DNA from: Polyangiales bacterium
GTDB lineage: Bacteria > Myxococcota_A > Polyangia > Polyangiales > Houyiibacteriaceae
Length of the DNA stretch: 39,642 nt
Assembly (NCBI GenBank): GCA_045106895.1
Contig: JBGCFM010000070.1
Span: forward strand, 1 to 39,642
Direction of reading: 5' to 3'
The notes beneath the pieces are model-generated. The model saw only the letters and a list, made by a program, of their open reading frames with translations. It did no database searches and had not been told where the DNA came from. Position numbers and translations under genes: made by a program. Position 1 is the stretch's first letter. Every line of letters begins with the position of its first letter. Below, one piece after another: positions 33,359-39,642 of the stretch.

Positions 33359-34615
33359 TCAGGACTCGCGCGCCTGCCATCCGATGTCGCGCCGCATCTG
33401 GCGTCCTTCGAAGTGGATCGATTCCGCGGCGCGGTAAGCGCTCTTGGCAGCGCTCTCCACATCAGCCCCCGTAGCGGTCACCGCCATCACGCGACCACCT
33501 GCCGTGACCAGGTTGCCGTCGTGTCGCGCCGTTCCTGCGTGAAAAACGTTGGCTCCCTCAACCTCCGGAAGCCCAGTGATCTCCAGCCCTTTCGCGTAGG
33601 CTGCGGGGTATCCGCCAGAGGCGAGTACTAGGGCGAGCGCCGCGGGGGCGTGCCACTCTGGTTGGGCAGTGACAAGGGACCCCGTCGCTGCGCCGTACAA
33701 CATCTCGTAGAGCGAGCCGCCCCAGCGAACCATTAGCACTTCGCATTCCGGGTCCCCGAAACGAACGTTGTACTCGAGGACTTTCGCTTTGCCTTCGTGA
33801 ACCATCAGGCCGATGAAGAGGACGCCGGAAAAAGGGGTCCCGCGTGCCGCCATGCCCGCGAGCGTCGGCTCGACGACTTGTTGAATGACCTCCGCCTCAA
33901 GCTCCGGCGTGACGAATGGTACGGGCGAATAAGCGCCCATGCCTCCCGTGTTCGGGCCTTTGTCCCCGTCGAAGGCGCGCTTGTGGTCCTGTGCGCACGC
34001 GAGGGGAACATACGATTCGCCGGCGCACACCACGTGGAAGCTGACCTCTTGCCCAGGCAGCACCTCTTCGATGAGGACACGCTCGCCTGCGTCGCCAAAC
34101 GCCCGGGCGCCCATGATGAGGTCCAGCGCGGCGAGGGCCTCCGTGGTGTCTTTCGCGACGACGACACCCTTTCCTGCCGCAAGTCCGTCGGCTTTGACCA
34201 CCAAGGGTCGGGAGGCTTCGTGCACGTACTTCTTGGCTGCGACAAGGTCGTCGAACACGGCGAAGTCTGCTGTGGGAACGCCTCGTTCCGCCATCAGCTC
34301 TTTGCTGAAGATCTTAGATCCCTCGAGACGAGCGGCGGCGGCGCTGGGTCCGAACGCCGGAATGCCAGCCTCGCCGAGGGCGTCGACGATGCCAGCCACG
34401 AGAGGGGCTTCTGGGCCCACCACCACGAGATCAACCGCAAGGGAGCGAGCGAGCTCAACGACCGCTTCGGTGTCCGTCGCCTGCACACGGTGGTTCACGG
34501 CGACGTCGCTGGTGCCTCCGTTACCAGGTGCCACATGGACTTCAGCTTCTTCGCTCAGGCGAGACGCAAGAGCATGTTCTCGAGCTCCGGAGCCCAGTAC
34601 AAGAACGCGTGGCAT
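33359..34615 (-). CDS. purD: Phosphoribosylamine-glycine ligase
   Basis: LGSGAREHAL, APGNGG, VGPEAPL..G, LEGSK.F.K, VVKADGLAAGKGV, QDHKR..DGDKGPNTGGMGAY, EYNVRFGDPE, FHAGT, GGRV. Confidence 0.98.
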   Translation of the reverse strand: MPRVLVLGSGAREHALASRLSEEAEVHVAPGNGGTSDVAVNHRVQATDTEAVVELARSLAVDLVVVGPEAPLVAGIVDALGEAGIPAFGPSAAAARLEGSKIFSKELMAERGVPTADFAVFDDLVAAKKYVHEASRPLVVKADGLAAGKGVVVAKDTTEALAALDLIMGARAFGDAGERVLIEEVLPGQEVSFHVVCAGESYVPLACAQDHKRAFDGDKGPNTGGMGAYSPVPFVTPELEAEVIQQVVEPTLAGMAARGTPFSGVLFIGLMVHEGKAKVLEYNVRFGDPECEVLMVRWGGSLYEMLYGAATGSLVTAQPEWHAPAALALVLASGGYPAAYAKGLEITGLPEVEGANVFHAGTARHDGNLVTAGGRVMAVTATGADVESAAKSAYRAAESIHFEGRQMRRDIGWQARES

Positions 34616-34616
34616 C

Positions 34617-36164
34617 TCAGTGCTTAAAGTGTCGTAGGCCGGTCATGATCATGGCGATGCCGGCGGCATCGCAAGCCGCGATAACCTCGTCGTCGCGCTT
34701 ACTCCCGCCAGGCTGAACCACGGCGGTGACGCCGGCGGCGATGGCCGCTTCAACGCCGTCGGCGAAGGGGAAGAAAGCGTCCGACGCCATCACGGCTCCT
34801 TTGCTCTCATCGCCCGCCCTCTTCACCGCGATTTCAACGGCCAACACACGCGACATCTGGCCGGCGCCGATGCCAACGGTCCGACCTGGTTTCGAAAAGA
34901 CGATGGCGTTGGACTTCACGTGCTTACAGACGCGCCATCCTAAGTCTAACGCCGCGAGTTCTTCCGCCGTTGGCGCTCGTTTCGTCACGACCTTCGCATC
35001 GGCGACCTCACCGGCGGCCGTGTTGTCCCGCTGCTGAACGACGAGACCTCCGCTGATACGCTTGTAGTGCAGTGACGTTTCACTCGCTGGTGGGACTTCG
35101 CCAGTCGCGAGGAGGCGAAGGGCGCCCTTCTTCTTGAGGCGCTTCAGTGCGTCTTCCTCGAAGGAAGGCGCGATGACGCACTCGAGGAAGGTCTCTGCCA
35201 GCGCTTCGGCGGTTGGTAGGTCAACGGGCCGGTTGAAGGCGACAATCCCACCAAACGCGCTCTGAGAATCCGCCGCGCGCGCCGTACGGAAGGCCTCAAC
35301 GAGGCTCTCCGACGTGGCGACGCCACAGGGGTTTGTGTGTTTGACGACGACAGCCGCGGGTGTCTCGAACTCGCGCACGGCGTCGAAGGTGGCGTCGGCG
35401 TCCACAAGGTTGTTGAAGCTCAGCTCCTTTTTGCCTCCGCCGACGCTCTTGGCGCGGGCCAAGGTTCCAGCTGCGGCGTCGCGCTCGACGTAGAACGCGC
35501 CGGCCTGGTGAGGGTTCTCGCCGTAGCGAACATCGTAGGCCTTCTCGAACGAAAGGCTCAGGCTCTGCGGGTAGGCCTGAGCCACGCCTTCGTCGTCCCG
35601 CGCTGTGAGGTAGCCCGCGATGGCCCCGTCGTACGCGGCCGTTTGGGCAAAGGCCTTACCCGCCAGTCGAGCGCGCATCGCGGGCGAAGTTCCGCCGTTC
35701 ACGATGGCCTCAAGGACCTCAGCGTAGTCGGCGGGGTCCGTCACGACGGTGACGCGCGCGTGGTTCTTCGCCGCGCTCCGGACCATCGAAGGGCCGCCGA
35801 TGTCGATGTTCTCGATGGTCTCTTCGTGGCCCGCGCCGCGAGCGACGGTCGCTTCAAAGGGGTAGAGGTTCACGACGACGAGGTCGATGGGGGCGCCGCC
35901 GAGCGACTCCAGCTCTGCGCGGTCCTCCGGGGTGTCTCGCATCAGGATCCCCCCGTGGACACGGGGATGGAGCGTCTTGACGCGTCCATCCATCACTTCG
36001 GGGGAGTCCGTGTACTCGGCGACGTCGACGACGGTTACGCCGCCTTCACGCATCACACGTGCGGTTCCACCGGTGGAGAGGATATGGACGCCGGCAGCTG
36101 CCAGGCCCTTGGCCAATTCGACGATTCCCGTCTTGTCCGATACCGAAATAAGCGCGCGCTTCAT
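34617..36164 (-). CDS. purH: Bifunctional AICAR transformylase/IMP cyclohydrolase
   Basis: [70 protein letters not shown]. Confidence 0.98.
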   Translation of the reverse strand: MKRALISVSDKTGIVELAKGLAAAGVHILSTGGTARVMREGGVTVVDVAEYTDSPEVMDGRVKTLHPRVHGGILMRDTPEDRAELESLGGAPIDLVVVNLYPFEATVARGAGHEETIENIDIGGPSMVRSAAKNHARVTVVTDPADYAEVLEAIVNGGTSPAMRARLAGKAFAQTAAYDGAIAGYLTARDDEGVAQAYPQSLSLSFEKAYDVRYGENPHQAGAFYVERDAAAGTLARAKSVGGGKKELSFNNLVDADATFDAVREFETPAAVVVKHTNPCGVATSESLVEAFRTARAADSQSAFGGIVAFNRPVDLPTAEALAETFLECVIAPSFEEDALKRLKKKGALRLLATGEVPPASETSLHYKRISGGLVVQQRDNTAAGEVADAKVVTKRAPTAEELAALDLGWRVCKHVKSNAIVFSKPGRTVGIGAGQMSRVLAVEIAVKRAGDESKGAVMASDAFFPFADGVEAAIAAGVTAVVQPGGSKRDDEVIAACDAAGIAMIMTGLRHFKH

Positions 36165-36256
36165 AGACCCTCCGCGATTGGCGTTGTGGCGCTCGGCCTA
36201 CCAGGTCACAGACGTCGCGGTCGAGCCCCGGCTAGACACCGTCACATCGATGTCAC

Positions 36257-37420
36257 TTAGGCGGACTTGGTGGTCGGGGGTCCGACCTCGTCACCGTCGC
36301 GCATCGCTTGAGCCGCAGAAGCCGCCCAGGCGTGGTAGTCGCCGGCTTCAATGTGGGCTCGGGCCTCGGCCACAAGCTCCCCATAGAAATGCAGGTTGTG
36401 CTGCGTGACGAAGCGTAAGCCGAGCATCTCGCCCGCTTTGATGAGGTGGCGAAGATAGGAGCGCGAGTGGTTCGCGCAGACCGGACAGCCACATTTATCG
36501 TCAATGGGACTGTCATCTTCCGTGTGCCGGGCTTGGCGAAGGTTCACTCGGCCATGCCACGTGAGCGCCTGGCCATTGCGGCCATTTCTCGTCGGAAGCA
36601 CGCAGTCGAAGAGGTCGATGCCGGTGCCAATGGCGTGGAGCAGGTCGTAGGGAGTGCCCACACCCATCAGGTAGCGCGGCTTCTCGCGTGGCATACGCGG
36701 TGAGAGGTCCGACAAGAGCTCGTACATGGTCTCGATGGGCTCACCAACGCTGAAACCGCCGAGGGCGACGCCGTCTGTGTCGAGCGCCGCAATCTCTTCG
36801 AGGTGAGCCTTTCGAAGGTCGAGATACGTCGCCCCCTGGGCGATTCCGAAGCGCCCCTGCCCCTCAGCGGCGGGTGCGGAGAGGGAACGTTTCGCCCAGT
36901 CCGTGGTGAGGCGCATGGCGTTCTCGACGACGCGCCGCTCGGCGCCTCCCGGAGGACAGACGTCGAAGACCATCGCGATGTCACTGCCTAAGAGCCGCTG
37001 AACACGCATGGACTCTTCCGGCGTCAGACGACGCTTGGAACCGTCGAGGTGAGAGCGAAAGGTCACTCCCTCATCGTCGATCTTTCGCAGCTTCGCGAGG
37101 CTGAACACTTGGAAGCCGCCGCTGTCCGTGAGCAGCGCGTGGGGCCAGCCCATGAACTTTGTGACGCCGCCGCGGCGATCGATAAGCTCGGCGCCAGGAC
37201 GCAGCCACAGGTGGTATGTGTTCGCGAGAATGAGCTTCGCGCCGGTGGCCTCCACCTCCGTCGCCGACAAGGCCTTCACCGTCGCCTGAGTGCCGACGGG
37301 CATAAAAGTTGGCGTCTCGACGACCGCACGTGGCGTCGTGAATGTCGCTCTCCGAGCGTCACCGGATTCTTGATGGACCTGAAACGAAAAGCCAGGTGTG
37401 GGAAGTGCGTGCGCGCTCAT
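36257..37420 (-). CDS. tgt: tRNA-guanine(34) transglycosylase
   Basis: TPTFMPVGT, NTYHL.LRPG, TDSGGFQVFSL, PRYLMGVG, FDCVLPTRNGR, C.C..C...SR.YL.HL, HNL. Confidence 0.97.
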   Translation of the reverse strand: MSAHALPTPGFSFQVHQESGDARRATFTTPRAVVETPTFMPVGTQATVKALSATEVEATGAKLILANTYHLWLRPGAELIDRRGGVTKFMGWPHALLTDSGGFQVFSLAKLRKIDDEGVTFRSHLDGSKRRLTPEESMRVQRLLGSDIAMVFDVCPPGGAERRVVENAMRLTTDWAKRSLSAPAAEGQGRFGIAQGATYLDLRKAHLEEIAALDTDGVALGGFSVGEPIETMYELLSDLSPRMPREKPRYLMGVGTPYDLLHAIGTGIDLFDCVLPTRNGRNGQALTWHGRVNLRQARHTEDDSPIDDKCGCPVCANHSRSYLRHLIKAGEMLGLRFVTQHNLHFYGELVAEARAHIEAGDYHAWAASAAQAMRDGDEVGPPTTKSA

Positions 37421-38463
37421 CGTCTTTGTTTGCCCGTTCGAATCAGCATCGCGTCCCCGTAGCTGAAGAAGCGGTACCTCGCATCCACCGCGGCCTTGTA
37501 AGCCTCGCGAATCGTCTCGATTCCGCCGAAGGCCATGACCAACGCCATGAGCGTCGAACGAGGCAAATGAAAGTTCGTGAACAGGTGATCCACAACCTTC
37601 GGCTCAAACCCGGGAAGAATGAAGAGGTCTGTACGCCCTTCCCCCACGCGCACACCGTGCTCATCCGCGGCCGCCTCGAGGGTTCGGACCACCGTGGTGC
37701 CAACAGCGACCACCGGACGCTGCTCGGCTTTCGCCTTCGCGATGGCGTCGGCGGCGTCCTGGCTGACATAGTAACGCTCTGCGTGCATCGGATGTTCTTC
37801 GAGGGTCTCGCACTGGACCGGCCGAAACGTCCCCGGGCCCACGTGGAGCGCGACGCGGGCAATCTCGTGGCCCGCGGCTTTCATCGCCGCGAGAAGCGCT
37901 TCGTCAAAATGCAGCCCTGCCGTGGGCGCAGCGACGGCTCCCGGCAGTCGGGCGAAGACGGTCTGGTAGCGCTCTGCGTCCTCCGGCGTGACATCCCGCG
38001 CGATATAAGGAGGCAGCGGCATCTCGCCGTTCATTGCGAGCAACGCATCGAAGTCACCGGCACCTGCATCGAAGCGGACTTCGAGAATACCTCCCGCTGC
38101 CCGCGTTTCGATGGTGGCTCGAAGATCGCCAAAGTGCATGGACGCGCCCGGCTTCAGAGGTTTGTTGGCGGTTCCAAGGCAGCGCCACCGAACATCGTCA
38201 CCGGCCGGCGGCATGGACTCCACGAGGAGCAATTCGCAGCGCCCACCACTGGACTTCTTTCCGCGGAGTCGTGCGGGGATTACGCGCGTCTCGTTCACGA
38301 CAAAGAGCGAAGGCTCAATGAGCCCGGGCAGGTCCGTCACCTGTTGATGGGCGTGGCCCTTCTCGGCGTCCACTAGGAGCAGTCGTGAAGCACTTCGCTC
38401 CACAAGGGCCTCCTGGGCGATGAGCTCCTCCGGAAGCTCAAAATCAAGCTCGCTTATATGCAC
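37417..38463 (-). CDS. queA: S-adenosylmethionine:tRNA ribosyltransferase-isomerase
   Basis: DFELPEELIAQ, N.TRVIPARL, PLPPYI, YQTVFA..PGAVAAPTAGLHF, LHVG.GTF.P, VGTT..RTLE, TNFHLPRSTL, YRFFSYGDAM; GTG 38463. Confidence 0.97.
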   Translation of the reverse strand: MHISELDFELPEELIAQEALVERSASRLLLVDAEKGHAHQQVTDLPGLIEPSLFVVNETRVIPARLRGKKSSGGRCELLLVESMPPAGDDVRWRCLGTANKPLKPGASMHFGDLRATIETRAAGGILEVRFDAGAGDFDALLAMNGEMPLPPYIARDVTPEDAERYQTVFARLPGAVAAPTAGLHFDEALLAAMKAAGHEIARVALHVGPGTFRPVQCETLEEHPMHAERYYVSQDAADAIAKAKAEQRPVVAVGTTVVRTLEAAADEHGVRVGEGRTDLFILPGFEPKVVDHLFTNFHLPRSTLMALVMAFGGIETIREAYKAAVDARYRFFSYGDAMLIRTGKQRR

Positions 38464-38501
38464 GCCGAAACGTGGTGCATAGCAGCGCAGCGGTCCAGCC
38501 C

Positions 38502-39642
38502 TCAGGCCGGGTTTGGAATTCGCCAGTGCTGAAGGTGCCCGGGTAAGGTCGTCACAAAGACGGATCCACCGCGACCGAGCACCGGGGCAGCGTGGGACGG
38601 CGCCCCGATGGGGACTCGAAATCGAATCGCACCGTCCGGCTCGAGCACCACAAGCTCTCCCGCACGGTTTGTCAGCATACAAGCACCGCGGTGATCGACG
38701 CTTAGCTTGACGGCCACGGGGCCGAGATCTTCCTGGCGCCAACGGATCTGGCCAGACCCCTCCACGCAGACGACGCCGCCGGCGCCGGCGCCGTAGCGGA
38801 CAGATCCGTCGTTCGCCACGGCGAGACAACTTGAGGGGCGCGGCGCGACATCGAGCGCTGTGCTGACGACGACTTCACTCGAGGGGGACACGAGATGGAG
38901 TCGGTGATCCGCCGTCGCGACCCACGCGGAGCCATCACGCGCCAGCGCGGGACCCATGGATATGGTCTGGGACAGGGTGACGCTCGACTGGCGTTCGCCT
39001 CGAAAGTTCGTTCGTAGCAGCTGACGTCCAACGGGAATCACCAGCCCGCGACCGTCAGACGCGATCATCGCGTTACGAATCGGCGGGCCATTTAGGTTCT
39101 GCTCGTGAAGGACGCGCCCGCTTGGGTCGAGACGGTGAAGAATCCCGGTTCTTCCGAGTACAACACTCGAGCCGTCGTCGAGGACTAGCGGCGCACCCGT
39201 TCCGGCGACCCGTGCCGGCGTCGCGGCGTTGGGCCCACGGAAAAAGTTCACCTCGCCATTTCCGGCGATGATGACGTGACCGCCGTCCGGAAGAACGCTC
39301 GGTGTAGTAAGCGGTCGCCGAAGTGGGGCGGTCCACAGCTCTTCGCCTCCGGCGATCAGCGCAGTGAGGCCGTAAGGATGAGCGGAAATCGTCGCACCGG
39401 ACTCCAAAACCAAGGGAGGATAGGTGCCACGTGGCCCGATACGGGTTTGCCAAAGCCGGTCGGGAGCGCGAGCCGGGGCCTCGCCGCGAGACCGAAACGC
39501 GCGATGTGCTCCGCCCCCAACACTCGGCCACGGGTGCGCGGAAGAAACGCCGAAAGAGATGGTCGCAAAACGGCCAACACGAATCGGCCGAGCCAGCGCT
39601 CCGTTAGATACAAAGGCGGCCCCAAGGCCGAGACCTAGTAGC
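38502..39642 (-). CDS. Exported PQQ-like beta-propeller protein (5' end outside the window)
   Basis: Frame stays open to the window end (LLGLGLGAAFVSNGALA, signal-peptide-like); repeated xxDG/SG...W blades with P.L..DG motifs. Confidence 0.78.
   Translation of the reverse strand, partial: LLGLGLGAAFVSNGALARPIRVGRFATISFGVSSAHPWPSVGGGAHRAFRSRGEAPARAPDRLWQTRIGPRGTYPPLVLESGATISAHPYGLTALIAGGEELWTAPLRRPLTTPSVLPDGGHVIIAGNGEVNFFRGPNAATPARVAGTGAPLVLDDGSSVVLGRTGILHRLDPSGRVLHEQNLNGPPIRNAMIASDGRGLVIPVGRQLLRTNFRGERQSSVTLSQTISMGPALARDGSAWVATADHRLHLVSPSSEVVVSTALDVAPRPSSCLAVANDGSVRYGAGAGGVVCVEGSGQIRWRQEDLGPVAVKLSVDHRGACMLTNRAGELVVLEPDGAIRFRVPIGAPSHAAPVLGRGGSVFVTTLPGHLQHWRIPNPA

Noticed and set aside
32059..33462. 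467-aa antisense ORF (also 25381-26514, 37342-38376, 17597-18511, 35337-36260, 16316-17320)
   Set aside because: Shadow ORFs opposite well-supported genes, expected in high-GC DNA; no recognisable motifs
36165..36256. ZMP/ZTP riboswitch upstream of purH
   Set aside because: The conserved GACUGGCG...GUGG...CCAC..GGGA...GCCUGGG elements are not present; only scattered GTGAC matches
38464..38501. preQ1 riboswitch upstream of queA-tgt
   Set aside because: The gap is only 38 nt, with no preQ1-type stem-loop or A-rich tail

Overview
GC-rich, densely packed chromosomal segment. Gene content (Hanks-type kinase, PEGA/TPR proteins, AgmX/PglI-type TonB_C-like lipoprotein, MXAN_5187-type protein, TraB-like OmpA/TSP3 protein) points to Myxococcota, probably Polyangia; this is inference. 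About 38 CDS are supported. Housekeeping genes: pepP, proC, pdxA, yebC-family, two acyl-CoA dehydrogenases, an SDR, an RluD-like synthase and queA-tgt-purH-purD. I found no rRNA, tRNA, CRISPR array or mobile element. Best leads: (1) a compact sugar-decoration module made of FdtC/FdtA/FdtB-like 3-amino-3,6-dideoxyhexose genes, a polyprenol-phosphate GT2 and a ~920-aa membrane protein with two tandem GT-C-like modules; (2) a window-wide -10 hexamer 6-9 nt before start codons that lack a Shine-Dalgarno, suggesting pervasive leaderless transcription; (3) a 50-aa membrane microprotein missed by the ORF track, with its own promoter, SD and terminator; (4) several apparently catalytically dead enzyme homologues (M3-like peptidase, ATP-grasp, DUF72, GlnR-like receiver); (5) a structured intergenic element with two GNRA hairpins and alternative pairings. 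All family calls come from motif recognition by eye, not database searches.
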